Below are positions 27,916-38,849 of a stretch of 64,000 nt of DNA, one piece after another. A program made the position numbers and the translations under genes. The notes beneath the pieces are model-generated. The model was not told where the DNA came from. It made no database searches and saw only the letters and a program-made list of their open reading frames with translations. Each line of letters opens with the position of its first letter. The first letter of the stretch is position 1. The DNA is from Amphiscolops sp. MND2022 (lineage: Eukaryota). The stretch lies in contig OZ076418.1 in NCBI GenBank assembly GCA_964187785.1, positions 56,482,001-56,546,000 of the forward strand, in the 5' to 3' direction.

Positions 27916-30686
27916 CTAAATTGCGTGGCTTCTGCACAAGACGCTGCGACTCTGGGCAGCAGCCACCTGCTGCTTCAGTTCCTCGTAAGACCAGACAGAA
28001 CTGTTATGCATCTTCAGCTTGTTCTAAACACAAAACAAAGAATTAACAAAAGGTGCTCGAATCATGAAGAGCACTTTTTGAAAAAGCCCAGTTTTATGAT
28101 TTTTTCACATGGCAGACGCGTACAACACTGCAGTAAATTTGATGCATTTTTCACATTATTTTCATCAAAAGTGAATATTCAATTTTCCGGAAAGTTTGAT
28201 TGTTCGGGCAACATTCAGATATTTGACCCCCCCCATTGACTCCGAATAATCATCGTACATGTATAATTTTAATGTAATATTTTACCGCGCTGTGAGTCGT
28301 TTCTCTTTTTGCCTCCTTGCTGATTAAGATCTCCGCGACCGTCAGACAATTAGGGCTTTCGATATTATTCATCACCCACAGCAAGAAGATTGCTGGTAGC
28401 GAGAGATACCTCTCATCGGCACGCAAGGCTTGTTTCTTCTCCTGCATGTAGACATCTGCAATCAAATCTAAAACAAACATAAAGATTGCTATCCGAGGTT
28501 TCGATTACAGTCAGTGTCAAAAACACGTTTATTTGCTCAGATAGTTTTCCAGCTGGGTGGCGTCAAAAGTCCAACATGGAACAAAACTTTGTTTACCTTA
28601 CTCAGTGTTTTGTCCCACAGAAAGTTAGCTCCTCTTGCTTTGGAGTGCTCTGTAGTCCTCACAAGGTGAGGAACACCGCCTGGTAGGATCAATCCCTCAC
28701 CCTGGTTCAGCACAACCTTCCGGCAACTGAGCGTGGGATCTGATCCGAACACAACTTCGTTCCCGAAAACACTCAATCATGAATTTTAACCGTTTGTGAA
28801 AACACCTTACATTCTACACAAAATGTTAAGTAAGGTACATTTTAGTCGGGGTTACCGAAAAAATTATCTCAACGGAAAAACTGCAATAAATCAATAATAA
28901 GATTTGATTTTGTTTTTGAGGAAAGGAATAAAAATAATTCTCAATTTTTATACAAATATTTTTTACTGCCAAAATAATTCTGCAATGACTTTTCAGCACC
29001 TTTTCGTTTGCATAATTTTTGTGTGGATTGACTGAATTATAGCCGATAACCGTCTCTTACGTCCACTGCATTTGAAAGCCACCCAAGTACTCCTTTATAA
29101 CAGGCAACTCAGGCCGACAGAAACTGCAATTATTGCAATAATTCAATTTTGAGACAAATCTTTTGCAATTATTTGTTTTTAGTATGCAATTTGTGTACTT
29201 TTAAATTACGACTATATTTCAGTTAAATTGACAAAGATTGTCAACTTAAATTTTGCCTCGTTTGAAATCCGAATACTTCCTCATGTTCTCCGGAGTTGGT
29301 TCAATGACAAGCAACTCCTTTTGTCCTCGTACCAGCAAGTAAAACACGCTTGTACCAGAGAAATCCACGTGCCAAGGTGTTATTGCCCCTTTCTCGGTCA
29401 GCAATAAGTACTTGTTGAGCGAATTATGGTTGAGGCAACCAGGGAGCTTGTCCAGAAATTGATGGTAAAGGGACACCCCCTTTATCACTGCAGGCAGCTC
29501 AACGTCACAGAGAAGATCATCTTCTAAAAGAAACAAGAAACTTCTTCATCTTTAGATCTCAAAAAAAATGTTGATTGAACAAAAAAAATTAAATGTTTTG
29601 GGCAAAATGAACCAAAATGAGACAAACTTCAAACACCTATTTCTGTTCTTTCAATGCGAAAAGTGTCTAAAGTAGAGAACAATGTATTATGGGAAAACAA
29701 ACCTGGTCGAAAATAGTCGATGACGTTGAATGGATTTGGTCCATCCAAGGTGTCAATAAAATGTTGCAACGTCTGCGTCCTCATCTTCTCATTGCCTTCA
29801 TTGGCATAGTGTCTTACAGAAAGGGGATGGGAAATCATGTTGTTGGAGTTTCCCAGAGACAACAGACATTGCTTGAAAGGCTGACGAAGATATGAAGAAG
29901 GGATTGTGGAGCGTAGTCCTCTCAACTTATGTGGATCCTGCACTTTGACGACAGGAATATCGCCCGAGAGTTGGGGCAGCATATTTTCAACATCACTGGC
30001 CGACAGAACTTTTATAAACTCGATTGGTCTGGTAGAAGCTGTCCGATTTTGCATCATTTTAGTGCAACTCTCTGATAGGAAATTGAAGTAAAAGTCACTT
30101 TTGACAGTGTTTGCTGAGCTGGAGATTTCGACAAGTGTCAGCGGATCTCCAGTGACTGTGAGAAGTTGGGTGGCAGCAGTCGAAGCGGATGGAACTGGGT
30201 CCTCTAGGGCGGCAGAAAGGGCAAGGGATCTCTCATCTTCCGTCTCTCTGACTGCAGGGAGACTGTCTAAAGTGGGCTTCTCGTTCGCGATCAGAGTCTT
30301 GTTCACCTGATCCAAGGTCGGCATCCATCCAAGCCGAATCGAGTCGCGTTCAAGCAGCCTCGAAAAAGAATTCAGATGCCTCTCTGTTACTAGATTTGTC
30401 ACATTCTTCTCTGTGGGGAGCAAGACTTGTCCACGCGCTCTGACTTGTTGGTGATCTGTGCTCGACCATTGAAACTGATCGAGTGACAGAGTTTGCCCAG
30501 AGCGTGCTCCGACAGCCTCCATCTGGTTTCAAACACCTCCTCGGAAGTCCCATACCCGCAGAACATGCACCTGGTCCCGACTGGTTTCTCCATGCAGGAA
30601 CGTTTCTTCTGTTCATTATGCCTTTTGAGAGATCCACGTGTTGCAAACAGTTCGTTGCATACTAAAACTGGTTTTGAAATTAACAT
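27916..30686 (-). pseudogene. Spliced JmjC histone demethylase-like gene (KDM2/KDM7/PHF8 type) with N-terminal C2HC-like zinc fingers; at least one frameshift
   Basis: KYLLLTEKGAITPWHVDFSGTSVFYLLVRGQK and LNQGEGLILPGGVPHLVRT...GANFL match the KDM2/7 JmjC core with an intact H-x-D...H iron triad. Exons ~30662-29637, 29523-~29257, ~28770-28602, 28467-28286, 28023-27916. Introns 29524-29636, 28468-28601 and 28024-28285 are GT-AG and phase-consistent; the ~28.8-29.25 kb junction is uncertain. Confidence 0.85.
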
Positions 30687-31173
30687 ATGGTCATATTATC
30701 CACACGTAGCAAAAAGATGCGAAAACAAAACAACTTGGTCCTTCCATATTTTGTCGGATATAATAATACCACTATAGTTCACAGACCTCATACATGCAAT
30801 ACGAAAAAGTAACAAATCAGTTTTTCGTGCTGCGATTTCTCCAAAACAACTTCTTCATTGCAACTTGGCACCGATTTTTATAATTTGTAAACAAATTAGT
30901 TGCATTGGCCCACTCTGCAGCCAAAATACGAAATTTGTTCGTTTTAGTGTCAGAGTCGATGATTATGTGCATCGGTTGGGTGTCGATGGCGGCTGCCCGT
31001 AACGATTGCTATTCACGAGTCCGAAAATAATTTTCAATTCCCACGCGTCCGAATAATAGTTGAGCGGTCTCATTTCTAATTTACTGTAACAACCCGACAG
31101 TCATTACTACCCCATCAATTTTCAAGTTTTATTTAGATATTTTAAAATAAAACAACGTTTCATTTTGTTTTAA

Positions 31174-31235
31174 CAGTTTGTGTGAACTCCTTGTAATATA
31201 CACAATTTGTTAACCCACTGAGTAACTGCTATTTC
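31174..31235 (+). repeat. 62-bp inverted repeat, partner at 37995-38056
   Basis: 55/62 identical to the reverse complement of 37995-38056; a partial direct copy lies at ~31425-31490. Confidence 0.85.
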
Positions 31236-34200
31236 CAGCGTTACATTTTAGTTTTTTTCCATCCATAAGTTTTAGATATCATTCATGTCTTTAAACTTTA
31301 GATCTTATTCCCTTTAGATCGTATTACTGTCCACAAATTTCAGATCTTATTCCATTGAGATGTCGTTCATGTCATCCAATTTAAGGTCATATTCTCTTTT
31401 ATTTTTTTCGGAATTAATCGTATGTTTCATTATTTCATTAACAGTTTGTGTGAACGAGTTGTATTTTCCACAATGTGCTAAATTCTGAATTCATTCTCAA
31501 AAGATTCAGTCTTTACTAGGTACATCACAATTTCCACCATTTGTTCATCGCAAACTTCTCCTGAACATTTCCATTTTTATATAGAGTGAAACTAATTTTT
31601 AGGTCATATCAGCCCCCCATCTGTATAAGCCCGGGAGAGGGGGGCTTATACGTCGGATTATACAATAGTTTCGCGTTAATGTCATTAGCTCCTATGTTTT
31701 CATTTCTTTTTCTGCAACAACAAAAACAACTATTTGTTTTTCAGATACATCTCCGCTGAACATATCCACTATTTGTTTTACATGTAGGCCTAAATTTTGA
31801 AGTATAAAAGCAAGAAGAATATGAGGATTGAATCAACTTACCACTGCATTGAGGCCTGTTGTCTCGAAAAGGTGTGTCCATGTCGAATAATGTCGAGGTG
31901 TTCCGATTAACGAATAAATTCGAAAGTCACTCAATTCTTATGCTAAAAGAAATTCGAACTAAATTTCGAATATGGAATTAAAACCCAAAACAAAACTCCA
32001 GAGTCCTAAAGCAAAGAAAATACTTACTTTGGCAATAGGATTGTAACAGTAACAAAGGTGCAAAATCGAAAGCTCGTAGTCTACGTGTGAGAATAACACT
32101 AGGTAATACAGTCCGTACAGTAAACTGCGAATGTATAGTGACTCCATGTTTGTCAATATTAAACTAAGCGCAGCACAACATCTGCGGCAGCAATAGTCAG
32201 TATTTCACCAAGCGCAGCATTGTATTGACTAAGCGCAGCAATGTAATAATTGACGTACACTGAGTAATACAGCGTGTACATGTTCATGTATGTTGTGTAA
32301 TACTATGACCTAATATTGACAAGCGTTACAACATCTTTCTGAGAAGTAAAAACTATTGTTCAAAATTGAAAGTTTCTGAGAGGTCTGATGTAGATTTGAT
32401 ATAGCTCATGAATTTCTTTAGAGTATAGTTACCAGAAAAGGTTATGAAGGATGCTAGAATGGATGAATGATATGATGATAGCCTTTCATTTGCATACCAA
32501 GTCATGTTTTCCCCCCAAACTGCGCAGGGGGAGGGGGTTTGGCAGCAGAGATGGGGGTGGGGGTGGGGTTTGAATTATGTCTCTTTGAAGGAGACACAAG
32601 GTTCGAATACCGTTATGTCGACATCGTCTGCATTTTGGTCCAAGAAAATAATTGATGTCGACATCGAAATAATCATATCCCTATCCATTACATTGACTGT
32701 AAAAATTTATTATATACGAAATAACTTTTTCTTCCCCCCACATTTTTCGAGATGATGTTTTAGCAGAAAAGTATAATAACAAAGACATGAATAGAAACAA
32801 GAATCCTTTGATTTTAAATGTATTTACAGAGTGACAGTTTATAATTGAGATACTAACTTTGTCCACAATTTTTCCCTATTCTTCAAAACTTGTGGGGTGT
32901 TTATTCACGAACAAAATGTACTTACGGTTTCGCTAAGGGGGGGTTGACAGGGTTGTATAATAAAAAATTTATGTTAAAAAAATTTAAAATGAACGAAAGA
33001 AAATATATTTTTTGGGCTAAATCTAGAAATATTTTCAATTGAGCAAATTTTTTTATAGCGACACCACAATATAGCGACACCAGGAATAATTTACCATTAC
33101 ATTATGTCACTTCAAAAGCCGAACATCTCTTCAGTCACTCAAAATATGTACTACTATGATGAACAAGACATTTTGGAATACCAAACCTGTTGCGTCTCTG
33201 TGCAATTTTATTAACCCTGGGTGAAATGGCCTTCTTGGTATTAAGTCCACTGGGGACATATAGTGGGGAAAATATATTTCAACCCGGGGAGGTTGCGGGG
33301 GTTGTGGGCGGTTTGGAGTCTGTTGATAAGACACATGGTCCTTTTTCTAAGGATCATTCCTTTTTTAATGTTGATGCCGAAAAGTGACAATGAGTGCGTT
33401 GATGTTAATGTTAATGTGAGGTAGGTGAGTTCATCAATTTACAAATGCGGCTAACTTGAGTTCAAATCTTTGTAGAGTTTCGAAACTAACACTCAGGTGT
33501 TAAAATGAGTAAAGACTTTTTTTGCGAAGTTCTACAGTATCGAAAATTTTGCCAGTATTTTCGTTTGCTTCTCAAACTCAACTTACTCTCAACTTGAATT
33601 GAATTTCGAAAGCTCTCAACTTGAATTCTACAATGCCTTGAACTCGATCAGCTTCTGTGGCTGTTGCCCGCGTAACTCGTTCAACTCGGGACGTGAAAAT
33701 CCGAAAACTCCCAAATCCTGGCTCAAAACAGCCGACCAAAAAGACAAGCAACCTGGCGGTGGTTGGAAAACTTTCGTTAACAATTTCGGACGACTCTGTG
33801 TCTCCTTATCCAGTTTCGGCTGTGGAAGTCCCTACTGTGGAAATTCCTGCTGCAGAAGTCCCTACTGTGGAAATTCCTGCTGTGGAAGTCCCTGCTGTAG
33901 AGCTGTCTGATGTTGCTGGATCGGAAAAGAGATGTAAGTGATTCTTTACTTAAAACATTTTATTTGGTTTATCTTGGAAACATGCATGTAAAAAAAAGAA
34001 GATATAAATGTACATTTTCATGGAACTGTCAAAAAAGGACATATCTAAGGTTCTTAGTCCGCACTATAACACGCAACTACCAAACAAATACTTTTGGAGT
34101 AGTTTGAATACCAAAATACCAAAATGAAATAGCATTTAACTCATTGTGTAAAATAGGGGGTGTTTACACAAACTGATAATGAAGTGATAAACATCTATAA

Positions 34201-34460
34201 CAGTAACTTTCAAATAAAAAAAAATTCCGGTCGTTTTAGGCACCGGAACCGAGGAAGCAAGCGGTGCTGGAGCTGTGAAGAGTCCAATTGCAGTCCAAGA
34301 GTCTAATGAGCGGCCTCTGCCGGCTGCTGTATCAGAGCAAGTGATGCGTCCCGATACACTGCTGAGCCTAATAGATGCCCATCTGACGCACATAGTATTC
34401 GATTCTGAAACCCGAAAAACGCATAAACATTGTGAAGTCCCTTAATACATTTGCACGATA

Positions 34461-34949
34461 TTGGCGAAGCCACTTGGGATGGCCTTGTACCGGGAAATGA
34501 CGCAGTCTTACGGCACATCGTGTGACAGTGTCAGATACAAAGATTTCCTGAGCTACACGGGAATTGAATATGAGTTTGGAGTTTTTGCCAGAAAGAGGCT
34601 GCAAAAGGGCTCCAAGATTCAGGGCATTGATGGTTACTTTGCAGAGGCTGTGGATAGTGCGCCCACAGTTTCTCTCTTTGGATCTGAGGGAAAATCCAGA
34701 AAGGAGCGAATCATGCTGGGACCAGCAAGTTTTGTTAACCACAGCTGTCAGCCTAATGATGTGTATGTTTGCGGAGGTCCGACAAAAAACCGAAGCAATT
34801 TGCGGATTGAGGCCATTAGAAACATTGAAGAAAATGAAGAAATTTTTGTTATATATGGAACAAATTTTTTTGGCAACAACAACGAAGAATGCGCCTCTTA
34901 CCCGGGCAGCCCATTGAAGTCCCTGTATGTGTTTCTGCTGTTGATCTGA
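34461..34949 (+). CDS. SET-domain exon, SUV4-20 (KMT5B/C)-like
   Basis: MLGPASFVNHSCQPN and YGTNFFGNNNEEC match SUV4-20 signatures (LGPAAFINHDCRPN; YGDGFFGENNEFC). The in-frame upstream ...KTHK resembles the SUV4-20 pre-SET THK. The post-SET CxCxxC is not intact. Confidence 0.85.
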   Translation: MAKPLGMALYREMTQSYGTSCDSVRYKDFLSYTGIEYEFGVFARKRLQKGSKIQGIDGYFAEAVDSAPTVSLFGSEGKSRKERIMLGPASFVNHSCQPNDVYVCGGPTKNRSNLRIEAIRNIEENEEIFVIYGTNFFGNNNEECASYPGSPLKSLYVFLLLI

Positions 34950-35162
34950 ACTCCAGCCATGTGAACCTAACAAGCGATGTGTCAGCAACAGCTTCTTACA
35001 ACTGAATATACGCTAACCAAGAGTAAGTATACGTATTGCAATAACGTTTTTCTCATTAATTTAGAAAACTATTGGCTGTGAACATTTTACCCAAAAACAA
35101 TTCCACATAACAACTTCTGTATAATTTGGATTGATTACACAAAACGTTATTTTTTGGATTAG

Positions 35163-35585
35163 GCAGCACAGTGAAGTCCCTGAATACGTTCCTGCTGTTG
35201 GTCTGAACTCCAACCATGTCAACCTAACAAGCGAAGTACCAGCAGCTGATGTCTCTGAATGCACTTCTGCTGTTGGTGTGATCCCCGGAGAACAGAAGGT
35301 TAAAAAACTCCAACAGACCAAATATGGCGAAATTACCCAGTGCCTGATCTGCGAAAAAACAGCGAAGCGGATATATAAGCACTATGTCCGTTCTCATCCA
35401 GAGCTGACTGAGAAGGACCTTCGAAATTTGAAGGACTTCATGAGAACCCGAGGTCGGCATGAAAATAAAAAAATATTTTATTGCGAGGAGCACGATCGTC
35501 GATTTCTCAACAAGATGGATCACAACAGACATTACAATTGCGACCTCAACTCTATCTTCGTGGTTGCTAACCACACTAGTAAAAG
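35163..35585 (+). CDS. C2H2 zinc-finger exon
   Basis: CLICEKTAKRIYKHYVRSH and CEEHDRRFLNKMDHNRHYNC. Confidence 0.65.
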
Positions 35586-36157
35586 GTATTTTTTGTTGTT
35601 ATCAAATTAGCGTTGTAATTATCGTTGTATTAATTAGTTTTTACGTGTGATGGTTTCCAAACACACAAAATGTTTATTAGGTAGTGAGTGGTAAACGCTA
35701 GAATATCAAGTTATCAGTTGCCGTTTTTAGAACTCTGCCACTCGAGTTGCGCGCGAAATTGCGCAATATTCATCTGCCGAGGGAGAGTCACATGTCTCTG
35801 GTGACTGAGTTCGTCAACCACGAGTTTCGAGAAAGAGGCTCAGGGTTGTCCGATGAAAGCGTCTTCGACGTGCGAGGACGCGACTCGCTGAAGAGCTTCC
35901 TGGCAATTATTTATGGGACACGCTCGCGTTAACAGAACCAAAAGCGCTGATTCCAGCTATTGAAAGGTATTCATTTATTTTCTATTTAATATTTAATGAA
36001 ATAAAATAATATAAATCAGTGACAAGTTGCAACTAGGAAAAACTGGAAAAACTGACCAAGTTTCCATATCCCCAAAGCAACATGGACTGCAGAATGGATC
36101 AACCACATAAAGACCTGTTGGTCAGAAACTGTTCTGAGTTTTGCATTTTTTTTCTAG

Positions 36158-36922
36158 AGTTGAGCTGAGAAGACAATGGGAGCCGAGCACAACAAACTGG
36201 TACATGTCCCAGTTTAAGGTTTTTCTTGATTACTGCCACACGTACGAGAAAAGGCAGATGAAAAAGGAATCCTGCCTTTCCACCATGCAGAAGGCGCTGA
36301 GAGATGCGAGAAGAGAATTTGCGCCCAATCTTGCACGTTCTTCCAAAGAAAGCAAGAAAGTTCTCCCGCGTGCCCAGTCTGCATCAAGTCACAAAGAGGC
36401 AGCTGCAAGTGATTGAGGTGCTGGAGCGGGACTTGGAAGAGAAAAACTTGACGACGACTACCCTGAAAGCTCTCAACTTTTTCCTGCTTCAATGTCGCCT
36501 CAACGTCACGCCTGGTCCCATATTGAACGTGACGTGGGAGTGCTTCGACTCCCACTTGAAAGCTGGACACGTCTATGAAACCAGTGACCACAAGACGGGG
36601 AAGTTTTATGACGTTGCTGTCAGGATTGAGGCCGACCAAATCACGCTCTTAGACGAAATGAGGGAAAGGATGAAGAGCGAGTACCCCACAATGCCTTCCC
36701 TCACCAAGTCCCAGCAGGAGACAAAAATGTCCTACTTAATCCGAGACACTTTCACGGAACTGTTCCAGGACGATCCAAACTTCGTGCGATATAATGCGGC
36801 GAACTCAACACGAAAATTCTGGGAGATGCACATGGCTGGGCTGGAACTGTCGCAAAATCACAAAGATGCCCATTTAGCCCAAACCGCACACTCAGAGATC
36901 ACGGCCAGGAAACACTATCAAA
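36158..36922 (+). CDS. Tyrosine recombinase (core-binding plus catalytic domain) exon
   Basis: Core-binding WEPSTTNWYMSQFKVFLDY, then after a frameshift LNVTPGPILNVT (box I), DHKTGKFY (catalytic K), NSTRK (x-x-x-R) and HLAQTAHSEITARKHYQ (H and catalytic Y at 36916-36918). Confidence 0.8.
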
Positions 36923-38849
36923 GTAAGTATATTGAATATTTTTTATCCACTTGGATATGTGGTTGGATGTTTTCCTGCTTCGAACATTTTTTAAACAAAA
37001 CCTGTGTGTTTAACTTTTTGTGTTTTTACTTCTTGTCTGCACAAAATTTTAATGCTTTTTAGGAGTCACTGAAGCAGATCGAAATGCGGTGCTGATTATC
37101 TACAGCAACACACTGCGGACAGTGGCAGAGGAGCCTGAGCAATTGCCGGAGGAAGAAGAGAGCACTGAGGAAGAGGTCGAGAAAGAAAACCCGAGACCTA
37201 AAAACTACCAGCGGACGTCATTAAATTCTACCTTTGACCTCGGAAGATCGGCATTGAAGCGTGCAAGAAATTTGGAAGACGACGACGACAGCAGCAACGA
37301 CGACAATTCATACGACAGCCTCGACAGCATTGATTTTCCGCAAACCCCGAGAACCCCGAAAACACCTAAAACCTCGAACACCCCGAAAACCCCAAAAACT
37401 CCAAAAACTTCGAACACCCCTGACATTCTAGAGAAAAAACGAAAATTATATTTTAAAAGCATGAAGCATTTCAGAAATACTAAAGATCCTTGGACAGAAG
37501 AAGAAAGAAGTGTTTTCCATATGGCGTTACCGACAATCCAAAAGTCAGAAGTTGAAGCTAATTTGAAGGAATTTGAACCAGCAAAGCAAAGTGTCTGCTC
37601 ACAAGATATACCGTAAGGTGAAGGCTGCCTGGATGAATGTTAACAAGAAGTTCCCATGCCAGTAAAAATTATTCAACTTTATTCAACAAAACCGCAGAAA
37701 CTTTTTTAAGTGTTATAAACGCTTCTCATTTTCATTTTTGAAAAATTTATTCATTTTTTCCAAATCTTTTAAATGGCTTTCAGTCGTATGAAACGCATGT
37801 TTTCAAAAGCTGACTCTTTTATACTTTGAGTATTATACCTTAGATAGTTAGATTGACAAGATTTTAAAAACTTGAATATTGATGGGGCGGTAATGGCAGA
37901 AGGTAAAAATTGACAAAAGTCGTGGAATGAATTTAGAAAATCTACAATATTACTGGTAAAAAAACTCTAAGTCGAAGAAATAGAAGAAAGTGGCGAAATA
38001 ATAGTTACTCAGTGGATTAACAAATTGTGTAAAAAAGAAGGAGTTCACACAAACTGCCAATAAAAGCAGCATAGTGTTATTTTCAACCCTTTCACCAAAA
38101 TTTAACACTAAGAGGGATAACCTGCTTTCTGAAACAGTTTTGGAGCTTTTTGCAAACATTTTGCAAAAAATTTTCATTTTCCCTCAAAATTGCTAGAAAT
38201 CTGTCCGACTTGCGAAAAGTTGTCCATGTTGCATGTTTGGTTATTATTAGTATTTATTAGTAAAATTATGCAACTTGGAATATCGGTTATTAAGGGTCAC
38301 GCAAAATGGTCCGATTTCTAACAAATTTTACGCATTTTGTCCCTGATTTTTTTATATATGTATATATATATGTATACGTTTGTTTGCAACATATAGCCCT
38401 GTAGCAGGGGTGATCGGGTCTTTATTGTTGTTAGGTTTTAAAGTGAATGTCACCCTACACCCTACTCCGTATTTTTTTTCTTGATCAGCAAATCCAAACA
38501 ACCTTTCATCGTAATTCTCACAAAAGTGACCATTTTTCTTTTGTTTCTTAGTTCGTGTCTTCTTGTACTTTTTGATACGTTAAATCCATACAATAACGCA
38601 CTTGTTTGTTGGTTGGAAGTTGAACAGTTTTCCTTTCCAGCTGACGACATGTCTAACAAATTTTTTGAATTGACCAATACCTTTGGTCAACCAATGTTAA
38701 TTTTAATTGCTTTCATATAATCCACGTTGTTAAAGTTTTAATTTATTTGTTTTTCTGAACGTTTGACAAACTTCTAAACAGTTTTCTTTGTGATTCCAGT
38801 TACTTTACCAAACTCAATTTTGTTTTCTTTGCATTTTTCGGGAACTATA

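Larger units (their letters stand above)
33633..37616 (+). pseudogene. Six-exon SET(SUV4-20-like)-C2H2 zinc finger-tyrosine recombinase-Myb/SANT-like fusion gene with lesions
   Basis: Exons 33633-33933, 34240-35022, 35163-35585, 35731-35966, 36158-36922, 37063-37616. All five introns are GT-AG; four are cleanly phase-consistent, while the exon 2/3 junction is obscured by lesions. Stops at 33639 and 34443; frameshifts near 34.9, 35.93 and 36.35 kb. Confidence 0.75.
27157..38376. mobile_element. Putative ~11-kb tyrosine-recombinase (Crypton-like) DNA element carrying JmjC and SET chromatin-enzyme genes
   Basis: Flanked by (TA)n runs (27157-27173; 38353-38376). The left end motifs tataaatcaaggacaa / tccaagttgc / gcaacatggaca recur in inverted orientation and the same order at the right end (38220-38358). 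Contains a YR-encoding gene; Polinton sequence lies on both sides. Confidence 0.6.

Noticed and set aside
27825-27950. ctaaattgtgtcg-type short repeats resembling a CRISPR array
   Set aside because: Units are ~15 bp, degenerate and lack unique spacers; eukaryotic context with no cas genes. They lie at the JmjC stop and 3' UTR.
34368-34988. 206-aa minus-strand ORF
   Set aside because: Antisense shadow of the SET exon; no motifs.
27157-38376. Bacterial contaminant or prophage explanation for the recombinase block
   Set aside because: Both genes have phase-consistent spliceosomal introns and eukaryotic chromatin domains.
38400-38459. 60-bp tgtag...ctaca mini inverted element
   Set aside because: Too short and imperfect to distinguish from chance.
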